From NCBI GenBank assembly GCA_026026165.1, contig JAPEUD010000003.1, forward strand, positions 372,001 through 436,000: DNA of 64,000 nt, read 5' to 3'. Positions 46,189-58,300 of this stretch are shown one piece after another. The DNA comes from Sarea resinae. Lineage: Eukaryota. Within the stretch, counting starts at the first letter, position 1; each line of letters opens with the position of its first letter. Under the pieces are notes generated by a model. It had not been told where the DNA came from. It did no database searches and saw nothing but the letters and a program-made list of their open reading frames with translations. The translations under genes and the position numbers were made by a program.

Positions 46189-46591
46189 CAAGATGATGCG
46201 AGAGAAAGGGGCAGTATACGTTGGACAAGGTCTATCTTATATCCCATTTTGGCGCATGGAGATTCTACTTGATATTTACGGGAGAATGAAAAAGTACATT
46301 TGACGTATTTTATTGGAGAGGAGATGCTACATTATGCGTATCTTGGTCCTACATAGATACAAGTGCCTGTCTGTTGCCAGAAATCCAGCACGCGATGACT
46401 CCCTCCCATTGGCCTATGAAGACAAGTGCGAGAAGGGAAAAACTCGTAGGTAGTAAAACAAGGACAACGCCAAGAAGCGGAATCAAGTATGATACAGGAA
46501 TGCGTTCGAGGTTTCTAACGCGGAGATTCAGAGAGATGATGCCACAAAAGATTTTTCGGTTTTTTTTTTCTTCTTAGCCACACTCATCCGC

Positions 46592-48824
46592 TCAAGGCTT
46601 CTTCTCGCCCTCAGCACCGTCTTTCGGAGCCTCGCTGCCAGCCTCACCCTGTTGCTCACCAGCTTGGTCACCTCTGGCCTTGTGCATCTTGTCGAAGAGG
46701 TTGAGGGAAGCCATCTGAAGCTCGTCGGTCTTGGCCTTGAGATCCTCAGCCGTAGCAGTTCCCTCACCAGCCTGGCTCTTAGTAACGAACTCACGGAGAG
46801 AAGAGATCTTCTCTCGGATGGCGTCGGCCTCGGTCTTGTCGAGTCTGTCCTCGAAATCCTTGAGAGCCTTCTCGGTATCGTTTAGCACGCTGTCTGCGCG
46901 GTTGGCGGATTCGATGGCAGCCTTGCGCTCCTTGTCCTCAGCTCCGTAACGTTCTGCGTCATCAACCATGGATTGAATCTCGTTGTCCGAGAGACCGGAA
47001 CCAGAAGCGATGGTGATCGATTGGTCCTTGTTCGTAGACTTGTCCTTTGCGTGGACGTGGACGATCGAGTCGGCGTCGATATCGAAGGTAACCTCGATTT
47101 GTGGAACACCACGGTGGGCCGGTGGGATGCCAACCAACTGGAAGTTTCCGAGAAGCTTGTTGTCGCGGACAAGTTCACGCTCACCCTGGTAGACCTTGAT
47201 CTCAACGGCAGTCTGGAAGTCCGCAGCGGTGGAAAAGACCTGAGACTTCTTGGTGGGGATGGTAGTGTTACGGTTGATCAGACGAGTGAAAACACCACCG
47301 AGAGTCTCAATACCAAGGGAGAGTGGAGTAACATCAAGGAGCAAAACATCCATGACCTCGCCAGCAAGGACAGCACCCTGGATGGCAGCCCCGATAGCGA
47401 CAGCCTCATCTGGGTTGACAGACTTGGCGGGATCGCGTCCAAAAATGCTCTTGACTGATTCGCTGACCTTCGGCATACGGGTCATACCACCGACCAGGAT
47501 GACCTCCTGGATGTCCTTGGCCTGGAGGTTGGCATCCTTGAGAGCCTTGCGGACAGGGTCAATTGTCCGGCTGATCAAGGGGTCAACGAGAGACTCGAGC
47601 TGTGCTCGGCTAAGCTTGGAGTTGATATGCTTGGGGCCGGAAGAATCAGCAGTGATGAAAGGAAGGTTGATGTCGGTTTGAAGTGAAGAAGACAATTCAA
47701 TCTTGGCCTTCTCAGCAGCCTCACGGATACGTTGGATGGCCATGCGGTCACCAGCGAGATCGATACCAGACTCCTTCTTGAATTGCTGCACGAGGTGGCG
47801 GACGAGAGTGATATCGAAGTCCTCACCACCCAAATGCGTGTCGCCGTTTGTCGACTTCACCTCGAAGACACCCTTTTGAATCTCGAGAACGGAGATATCG
47901 AAAGTACCACCACCCAAGTCATAGACGGCAATGATGCGGTCCTCTTCCTTCTCGAGGCCATAGGCCAGAGCAGCTGCGGTAGGTTCATTGACGACACGGA
48001 GGACGTTAAGACCAGCGATTTGGCCGGCATCTTTGGTGGCTTGTCGCTGAGAGTCGTTGAAGTACGCCGGAACGGTGACGACACCATTCTTGACGGGCTT
48101 GTTGAGGTATGCCTCGGCGGTCTCCTTCATCTTCTGCAGAACGAAACCACCGATCTGGGAAGGCGAATACTTTTGGCCGCGCGCCTCAACCCATGCGTCT
48201 CCGTTGGTGTGCTGGACAATCTTGTACGGAACCTCCTTCAGATCACGCTGGCACTCTTGATCGGTGAATTTTCGACCGATGAGGCGCTTGGTGGCGAACA
48301 AGGTGTTCTCCGGGTTGACAACCGCCTGTCGCTTGGCGGAGATACCGACGAGACGCTCGCCATCTTGCGCGAAAGCAACTACAGACGGGGTCGTTCTTGC
48401 ACCTGAGGAATAAACGTTAGCACCAAAACGTGAGGCAAGAGTGCGGATTTAATCATACCTTCTGCGTTCTCGATGATTCTCGGGGTCTTTCCTTCCATGA
48501 CAGCCACGGCAGAGTTTGTCGTTCCTATAATCAAGATCAGTCTGAGTCGAAGGCGCCCGGCAAAAAGCTGAAACCGTATATCAAGCTCGCAGTGGAAACT
48601 TACCCAAATCGATACCGATGACAGCACCTTTGACCTTCTCATCGCCGCCATTTGAGTTATATCTAACAAAAGACGAAGCTAGAGGTGATCGAACGGCGGA
48701 TGTGCGGGAGAGGGAGGAGCCCACACGGGGAAGCTGTACGTCGGGAAGATACGTTTAGCATTTTGTTGGAGAGGATAGAATACGGAAGGCGACTTACGGA
48801 TCTTGAGAGTCTCGAGGACAGCAT
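46592..48824 (-). CDS. SSC1: Mitochondrial Hsp70; exons 48824-48798, 48733-48604, 48524-48459, 48402-46592
   Basis: Arg/Ser-rich presequence [13 protein letters not shown].., [78 protein letters not shown]. Confidence 0.97.
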
Positions 48825-49935
48825 CTTGACAACCGCTCGCGAAGAAAGGACAGAGGACTGGAGAAGGAAGTATCTGCGACAAGATCAAGGTGGCGGGCGA
48901 TTGAGAGGAAGGTCACAGGGAGATGTGAAGGAGAAAGTGATGATGATGATGATGATGGTGAAAATGTCGAAGATGAAGAATACTGGAGAGGATGGACAGA
49001 TGAGGTAGATGAGAAAATATTTAGCGGCTTAGGAGCGACCTACTAGCCAGCTTGACCACTACGGGGTACCACTGCCGACGCTCACTGTCTCATTCGGAAG
49101 GGCGGCCCATGCTGGATGGAAATTACGAGAAGCGGATGGCCGGGGACGGAGTGGAAGTACCGGGAGACCTCGGGCTACTATGTGGATCTGGTGCGGAGGG
49201 GCGGTGCCGGGTACTTGCTCCTCTGCTTGGATCCATGTTCGTCTCCATCTTCAATCTCGTCAATTTCGTCAAGCTCTTCGCTCATCTTCTTTCTCTCTCT
49301 CTGTCGCCCGCCGTAGCATGGAGCGAGCTAAGACGACTAATAGTTGCGTAAGCCGCTCAGCGGCGTCCCGTACGTATGCCCGTAGGCACCTCACCTTTGG
49401 AAGCGTCAAGTACTGAGTGCCATGGAGTAGAGACTTTGTACCTCCTTCTCCACACTCGCCCGTGATGGATCCATCGAGAGGAACTGCGGTATGCATGTCC
49501 TGGAGGTCCCCGGGTGATCCCATACGCCTCGTCGACCCTCGATTCCATTGTGTTGAGTGCCGCTGCAGGAACCCCTCAATACTTCAATTCTTCCCGGAGA
49601 CCTCGCAAGTGCCATCATGATCGCCTAGAGTGGTAGTACCGCGGTATCCATCAACGTACTCGTAGGTATTCGTACCTCTCCCCTACCCTCCTGCCCTCCC
49701 ACCTCACCTTTCTGCCGAAGCGACGTCAGAGCCTCTACATAGCATTACATCTGGCCACCAGCAGAGCGGCGACTGCAGCCATCCATATCAGACCCAACAC
49801 ACGCCACAGAGGTAGTCAATTATCCATTGAATTAGCTCTAGAGGCGACTCTGCTTCTCAGATCCACTCATACCACCACCCATATCGATCAGTCGACCTGT
49901 TGATCAGAATAGGTCGGCGACGACTATTCCATTAA

Positions 49936-52320
49936 ATGGGCGTCGTCCCAGAGACGAGGTACGATGGCGCCCGTCCATCTGTAATTGTCCCTTGACCCTC
50001 GAAGATGGACTGATCCGACTGCAGTTGCCAAGCGACGGAGTCCTTCGTTTTGCCGTCGCCACGCACACTCTATCCAGCTCAAATCTCTGTACCGTAAGCA
50101 GCCCACCGCGGACCGAGTCTGTCAAGCGTTGGAGCTTACCATTCCGTGCAGGCATTGGCAGCTTCGGCATTTCATAAGCTCCCCCGCACCGAATACCCTC
50201 TTCTATGCCGCCGGAGCCCAAGTATGCTGCCTGGATACGACGACACGAAAAAGAGAGGTAGTCGCAGTGCTCCCGTTCCAGCCCAGATGCTTCGCTGCAT
50301 GTCACGGCTGGATTTGCGCCGGTGGAGATGACAACGGAGAATTCGCTGCGATCAAGCTAGATGACGACCATGATAACGGGCCAGAAGAGCATCAACGTCA
50401 TGTGGATGTCGATGGTCTTCTCCCGCTCGACCTGGACCCTGAATCTCGAAGACATGTTCACCGTTCTTTTAGCCAGAGTATGCCATCCAGTTGGGATGGG
50501 GCTAGGCAGAGACCGGAGGTGCAGGTACAAGAGCTTGGGGGACTCATTGTCAATTCCGTGACAATATATCAGTGGAACAAAGACTCAGACGACCTGCCAG
50601 ATGATACGGTGGCTGTAGTAACGTAAACACCCCCGTTTTGCTTTTGCGTTGCATCAGGAGCTAATGAGTTGCAGTAATAATGACAAAACAGTCCGCATCT
50701 TCTCCCTGACCAGCTTCAAGACACTACATACCCTAGAATTCCCCAAGGCAATGAATCATGCCACCATTTCTCCTGACGGAACGTTGTTGGTGTCGGTGGG
50801 CGATGAGGAACGCGTGTACTTTCACAAATTAATCCGATCGAAACACGCAGACAGCATCCTGGATTCGGGCCAATTTGAATGGAAATCCTGCGCCAAATTT
50901 AAGCTGACAGCTGTGGATGATCATTGCTTCTCCACCGCCTTTTCCCCATCAGGTCGGCTGTGCGCCGTGGGGTCTCAGGACGGTATCGTTACCATTTTCG
51001 AGACCGAGCTCATCGCAAGTGCTCAGGAGGATAATGATGCTGTAATGAGGATTATGCGATCTTCCCGGCAAGGAATAATGGATGGCGCAGTACGCTCAAT
51101 GTGCTTTTCACCCGAGCCGTGGGATCTCCTGATATGGGCAGAGGATCGAGGAAGAATTTGCGTTGCGGATATTCGACCGGCCTCTCAATGGCGGCAGGTT
51201 GTCAACATTAATCCAAAAGCAGATGATGTGGATCGAGCAGTGGTCACGGACTTGGCAGACAGCTTGATCGATCCAGAGCTACGCGAGCTGAACAGCCAAG
51301 CAGACTTTATCCGCCGTTATCATGGGGAATTAGACGCCCAAGACGGGGATGCTGCGATTAGCTTTGTGACCGAACTGATTCAGGCATCCTCTGAACGACG
51401 GAGACTACAGAGACAGGCACGAAGTCAAGACGAGGAGATAGGCGCGCTAACGGAAAGAGAACGGCAGCTGCTTGACGCTCTACGCATCTCTCGAGAGCGG
51501 ATGAATGCTCGCGAGAGACGCGAATCGCAAGATCGAAATAGTCCTTTCAGTATCAGTTACCTTCGGCCTCCTAGTGCCGGGCATGATTCGGGAACGACCT
51601 CTTCACTACTGGCAGCAGATGATTACCTTGCTTTACCCTCAGCTAACAGTGGCTCTCGAGATAGTACATCCGGGGCATCGTCAAGGAGAGATTATAGTCG
51701 AGACCATAACAACGATCGTCCCCGTACGGGCGACCATCCTTATGAGCCGCGCCGTCGTAGGTCCGTCATTCTCTCTCATAGCCTCACCGAACCGTCCTCG
51801 ACTGCGGCGGCCGACAATTCTGGTTCTCCGCGCGGTCAAACCGAAGATACTGCTACCGCTGCAGATCCTTGGAGAACCATTGAAGCTGCTATGGCGTCTG
51901 GCCCGTTACCAAATGCAGCGTCACGACTTAGACGTGAGCGCGAAGCTGCGATTGAGGCTAGCTTTGAGCGACGACAACAGAACTGGACGCGCATGGATGT
52001 AGCGAGGAGAGAAGGGCTCAGGAACATCTACTCCAGAACGCCTGATGCTGACGGAGAAGGATTGGAGCGATATGGTGCCGCAAACCTCTTGAGGAGGGCT
52101 GGCCGCACTCACGATGGTCCCGGAGAGGTCGGAACAGCGGGACTAGCTCTAAGTGAGGATGGCCGCACCCTGTGAGTCTTCCCTGTCGCAAAAGCAGATG
52201 ACCTGATAACTTACACGAGTCGGTCTACTATGTAGGTACGTGGGCACTCAATTAGGCATCCTTGAGTTCAAGATCAATATTCAGGAGCGGAAATTTATTC
52301 CCAGGATCTGTCCCAGATAA
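49936..52320 (+). CDS. DUF2415-type WD40-like protein; exons 49936-49958, 50025-50093, 50152-50622, 50675-52171, 52236-52320
   Basis: Spliced MGVVPETS|CQATESFVLPSPRTLYPAQISVP|HWQLRHFIS, LGGLIVNS, T|NNDKTVRIF, MNHATISPDG, FSTAFS, GAVRSMCFSPEPWDLLIWAEDRGRICVADIR, GRTL|YVGTQLGILEF. Confidence 0.87.
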
Positions 52321-53646
52321 GCTTGAGACTACCGTTTATGCGATCGTGGCATCTGTCTGTCGTCGAGGATCTGCTATGGGTTTGGATTTGGAATGGACGT
52401 ACATGGGCTCTGGGATCATCAGATAGGGTTTTACAGCATTCGGGTGGTCTGTTGGGGCGTTGTCATCGGGCATTGGCAATTGTGTAGGTGCCTTCTTGAT
52501 TCTTCATCTTAGCGAACAAGTTTTCCGGTCGTCATTTCCATTCAATGTATACCGATGGCGTCAGAAAGGGAAATGATCTCTCGCCATCCTCCCATGTCTT
52601 TTTGTTCGGTTTTCTTTTCCTTTGCCCTCTAAATCTTCCATGCTCGAGGGATCAAGGGATTGTGAAATCGCAGTGGGTTTGTAAATTGACGGGACGCGAT
52701 CCGGCCATACCTTGTACAGCTGTCCCACATCTTGTCGCACGCACACATCGAGGCTAGAATGCAAAGCTTCTACTTCTACTTCTCGCTCCTCTCGTCTCGA
52801 CATTGATCTGGTCGAGGATGAAGGAAGAGGCGCCGTCTACCAGTCCATCTAGGCGAGGCACAGATGCGCGCCTCACCCTGTCGCCGATCGTTCTCGGTCG
52901 TGGGTCATAGATCGTCAAGTCGATCCATCTCGGTAGGCGACGACGCGACGGCAGCCCTAGCAGCATTAGCGTTGAAGAAGTCCACGCTACAACCTTGGAA
53001 GGCCCGAAGTAGTCGGTAAGGTAGCGCAGTAAATAAGGTATGACTTCATGAGCTCATGCTTCTTTCCCTCTTTCCCACCTTCCCCCACACACCCGTCAAA
53101 GGAAATGCAAACACGACCGAGGTGAGTGAGTGTTTGCATTTCCGGGAGGAAGGGGGAAAAGATACCTATCTTGGTACCTGATGGCAGGTATGGGAGGCAA
53201 TGCCTGGGCAGGTACTGTCCTGGTACTACGGAGTAGTTTGGTGGTGACCCAGTAGAGATCCCAGGTCGTCACTACCTTACCAAGGCTCTTTGCCTTTAGT
53301 GAAGGTTCCTCGACTTCACCCTCTTCCACTCCACCATCTCCTCTTTCGTCCTTCATTGCTTCTCCTCGTATCGTGCGCGTTGACATCTTTCTGTCGTGTG
53401 CACTGCGCGCGCCTTCATTCCCGATCATCTCAATTGAACCAAGACACCTTTCTGCCATCAAAGCAACCTGGTTGAGGGACTGGAATGCTACCAGGTCGAC
53501 GACAAGGACTCTTTCAAACAGCACTCGGAAAATCTGTGTTTACCATCTAGCTCTTGTCTGCGCATCCTGAGCCCACGGGCCTCGATCCGTTTTTCAAAGA
53601 CCTCGGTTCTCCTCCGCGCTCGTCCTCGACGGCCCGAAAGAGAAAT

Positions 53647-55343
53647 ATGTCTGGTCCTCCGCCAGCTCCCCAGCACCCTGCTGCCGCTTACACCGACGGC
53701 CAATCCGAGCCCAAATATTCGGCGCCGCCTCCAGAATATGGACAGAATTTTGGTCAGAACGGGGCTCCACCTCCAATCCCAGGAGACAAGCCGACTTTTG
53801 ATCAGGCTTTCAAATTAGAAAAGCCAAAGTGGAATGACCTGTGGGCGGGAATACTAGTATGCCAATTGCATCCTAATATAAGCCCAAGGTGACTGGCTGA
53901 CATGATCGATAGCTTCTCATCACGTTTGGTGGCTTTGTAGCCGTCTCCGGCATCACTCTCAATGGTTACGCAACGACCAAAGGCTTTCAAGGAGGCAGCA
54001 TATATGGTGGCAACAACGATTTTGGGTTGTCCACCAATACCGTCATCTTGTTCGCTTTCATCCTGGCTCTGGCGCTTGTGCTGAGCCTGCTCTATTTCTG
54101 GAGTGCTCGCGCTTTTACGAAACAATTCATCTGGATTACGGGAATACTTCATATCGCGTTCGGTATAGGGACAGCAATCGTCTATTTTGCGCGACACTAT
54201 TGGTCCGCTGGTATAGTCTTCTTGGCATTCTCTATCTTTTCCATTATCTGTTTCGTCAGTTGGATTCCCAGAATCCCCTTCAGTGTGCTCATGCTTCAGA
54301 CCTCAATGGACGTTGCAACGCAACACGGCCATGTCTTTCTCGTCAGCTTTTTGGGCGGCCTTGTGGCACTCGCTTTCGGAGCATGGTACTCCGTTACGCT
54401 CGTTGCCATCTACGTCAAATACATGCCAGGAAGCAATGGAAACGCAAATCCAGCATGTGCTCAAGGGAACGGAAGCTGCTCCTCCGCTAAGGTGATCGGG
54501 CTGCTTGTCTTCATCACTTTCGCTGGCTATTGGATCACCGAATGGATCAAAAACACCATGCATACGACTGTCGCTGGTATCTATGGCTCGTGGTATTTTT
54601 GCTCCAAACAACCTGGAGGTTTTCCGAAGGGTGCCACTCGTGGTGCTTTCAGACGCGCTATTACCTACAGCTTCGGGAGCATCAGCTTTGGTAGCTTGAT
54701 CGTGGCGCTCATCAATATGATGAGGCAAGCAGCCTCCATCGCCCAACGACAAGAGGCTCAACAAGGCAACATGTTTGGATCTGTCATGTTCTGTTTGCTT
54801 GGTTGCTTCATCGGTTTATTGGAGTGGGCCGTGCAATTCATCAATCGCTATGCTTTCTCCTATATTGCCCTCTACGGCAAAGCTTATATTCCGGCCGCGA
54901 AAGACACCTGGCAGTACGTTCAATTGCCCCTGAATGACATTACTCACTGCGTTATTCAAGACTTACTAACATACTCGAACACTTCTAGCATGATGAAAGA
55001 TAGAGGCATTGACGCACTCGTCAACGATTGCCTCATTGGCCCGGTCATCACCATGGGGTCCGTCTTTGTCGCATACCTATGCTCCTTCCTCGCATACCTC
55101 TATCTCGATTTTACGAAGCCAGGCTACAATTCCAGCAACCAGTATACACCCGTAGTCATGGCCTTTGCGTTCTTGATCGGAACACAGCTCAGTCAGGTCT
55201 TCTTAACGCCGATCAGTAGTGGAGTTGATACATTCTTTGTCGCGGCTGCATGGGATCCCGAGGTTTTGAGGAGAGACCACCCTGAATTGTGGGATAAAAT
55301 GGTCGCCGTCTATCCACATGTACAACAGGCTCTTCATGTATAA
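53647..55343 (+). CDS. PNS1: Choline transporter-like (CTL/DUF580) membrane protein Pns1; exons 53647-53856, 53913-54913, 54989-55343
   Basis: KPTFDQAFKLEKPKWNDLWAGIL, RIPFSVLML, YGSWYF, TYSFGSISFGSLIVA, NRYAFSYIALYGKAYIPAAKDTW, DRGIDALVND, SGVDTFFVAAAWDP. Confidence 0.93.
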
Positions 55344-58300
55344 TGTTGACTCGTCGGTCTTCTGGTTGGTTTGATTCAACAAAAAGTAACAGAAGCGTTG
55401 TCAATTGGTGTTTGGCATTCAAAGCAAGGTAATCGAATAACTGGACCATGCATACTTACGTATGACAAATGAGTCGATTGGGTATACTGGGTTGAGGGAA
55501 GAAAGCAACATGGTCATTAGCAATCAGTACACTCAATAATGAATACAAAAACTTTTGCGTCAAAGTACAAGGCTGCCTCTTTGAGGCGCCATGCCCAGCG
55601 GTTGAGGCACAATTCTCTTTTAGATGAAGCTTCAGGGAGGAGTATCAAGCTCGAAATCTAGCTAGCGCATATGTGATGCCTCCAGCAGTTGGTCTGGGAG
55701 CCTGTCTGGCCGGACTGGAGCAATATCTGATGAAATATTGCTCGCCCAGACCTCATCTCCTTTCGTGAGGAGCAGAGCCAAATGACGCTTTAGAGTGATG
55801 AAGTAAAATCAGATCATGTCGGGTGTTGCGACAGGGCTTCCTTTTTTTTCCTGGGAGATCCTGCTGGCATCCACCGGAACAATATTGATGGGATGCCGCG
55901 GCCGGGATTGGCTTGGCGTCCATCCACCGTCCTACCATACTCGGGCGGTCTTCCGTAGTACTACCGGAGAAGCAAACCGTGGTCACGAACACCTGGCCAT
56001 TGCTTTTCGAAGCGTGTCGGGACGGGCGGGAGATCAGATAGGTCCGACGGGGGGGGATGTGGCTCTGATGGCCGGGAGAGCGGAGAGCGGAGAACGGAGA
56101 ACGGAGAGAAGCATCGGGTCACGAGAATGTCATGGATGAGGTATCCGGGGATGGGACAAGGCAAATGAGAAACGGGAAATGGGAAATGGGAAACGGGGAG
56201 GGTGGGCGATCCGATCCGTCCTCGTCATGTCGAGGAGCGCGGGAGCGAGCGAGCAACTCGAGGACCTCTTTCTCTCTCAAGATCCCAAACAAATGGATAA
56301 GTAGGCAAACGTACGTCCTTGTTGGGCGTTTGTGGCAAGCGACGGAGTCGTGATCTCGACAATCGTTGGATCTTCGGCTCAGCATGCTAGGCACGAAGAG
56401 CGCGAAACACTGATCCCCGCCTTGTTCATCGCCAAGGTGGCAATTTGGATCATTGGCATCAAGCTCTCGGACCCTTTCAGTACGGGTAGTTGCATAAGAT
56501 GTTAGGAAGGTGGGCTGGGAAGGCGGAGAGGAGAGGAGAGGAGGAAGAGGAGGAGGAGAGAAGGACACAAGGGTCAAGGTAGGTACTTTGCTGTAATCTA
56601 AAGCTCCAAAGATCAGAATCAGAGAGTGGAGGTAGCTGCTGACCGTGGTCAAAGCTCGAATTGGCCCACGACCAACGACACTAAAACATCGGTAGTCCAA
56701 GGTCGATCAGGCAAGGTGGGCAAGCTAGGCAGGTCGAGTCACGACGGGTCCAACGATCACCGCGACCACCATGCTGATGCTTAATCGAACTTCTCTGTCA
56801 TCTCTACTCCTCACTCGCTCTATGGCCAACATGCCTCTCATGGCTCGTCGCCGAAACGAGGACTTCGGCTCTAGGTGCAGTGAACGCCAATGAAACTGGC
56901 AATCCGAGAGGTGCATCATGGAGGTCAGCAACTGGCCTTGAGGCCAGCCAGTCAATTCACCTCCTGGCCAGCTTACAAGCCCTTCCTGCTTCTAGCCGAT
57001 GCTTCGATCTGGTCGAATACGACTTCATCTTCACCGGGCAAATCACTTCTCGTTTAGAGCTGGCTCGAAGGCGGTACCGCTGTCTCGGGACCAGAAGTAG
57101 TTGCTTGATCGAGTATCACGATCCCAAGGTATCCAGAGGATGGCAATGCTATGGACTGGGAGACAGGCAGGCAGACATTGAAGAGATGTGATTGGGACGA
57201 ACGTATGCGCGCCGGCAAGCCTGCTCTTGATGAGACTGAACCGACTGGCACGGCGACCACGTCACATGAGCCGGACAGTTGAAGATCTCGATAGAGCAGT
57301 GTAACAGCTGTCAGAGCGGGGGTCGGGCTCTCCGAGACATCCGCGTGTCACTGGACATCGTTGGCAACCACGGTCATCGAGCGTGAGAGAGAATGGGTTC
57401 GAGGCGTGGAGCCCCTGGCGTGGCCAGCCAGCAACGCGTAGGACCACGTCGAAGGCCTTCCGAACGGGCCGTACCGGAGCGTTGGGAACCAGACGCCACT
57501 CTTTCAATCACTCCTGCAAGAGATAGAGAGCTGTTGGCCTGTCTGCTTGGACTTTCAACTTTTGGGGACAGGACGTGAAATCCACCGCATGATCGCCAAT
57601 CTGACACTCCAATGGATAGCTGCGTAAAGCCATTCTAATCTTCTGCAGACTTCGTTTGCGATGACCGTCTGAGACTGCAGATTGGCAGATACGAAATTGG
57701 TGTTGAAAGTCTACTCCTACTCGATCGAGAGAGACAGATGGCCGCTTAAGACCCACGCATAACCATTGGACGCGGGATCGTATTCCAATCCTCTTCGATT
57801 ATGCAATGTCGGATTTGAGCAAGAAGGTTTGAGGGGATGGCGGTGAGGCAATCGCGGGTTCATTTGCCTCGCCCACATGTATGTCTCGCTATTCAGCCTC
57901 AAGTAAGGAGTATCCCTTACATCCCGTCGGGAATGGGCAGTATGTGCGCAAACCTTATCGATGGTTTTCGCTCGATAGAATACTTTCTCCCTGCTTTGGA
58001 CATCATCTGTCCTTCTCCTGTCACGATATGTCAACGTGGACAGATCTTTCCGCCTTCCGCGCATGGAAGCGCATTCCAAGACATCCCCAGCGGTCCAGCA
58101 TTTCCCTTTAGAGTCTGTCGCCGGGAATCAATCTTTGCAAGATACCACCGCACTCGATCAACCCATTTTTAGGGGCTGCGCACCTCCCTGCTCTTCTACC
58201 AAACCCGGTCCATTTACAACCTGAACTCTATCGGCCCTCGAGCAACAGGAAACCCGATCAAGGGGGGAGGAGCAAGGCCATAGATTTTCAGGCTCTGCGC

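Noticed and set aside
46652..48406. Long plus-strand ORFs (224, 161 and 143 aa) antisense to Hsp70
   Set aside because: Well-known shadow ORFs produced by biased codon usage on the strand opposite hsp70 genes; no independent gene signals
49985..50151. ORF-track N-terminus of the DUF2415 protein (MSLDPRRWTD...)
   Set aside because: Two canonical introns (49959-50024, 50094-50151) give an ATG-initiated N-terminus in a different frame
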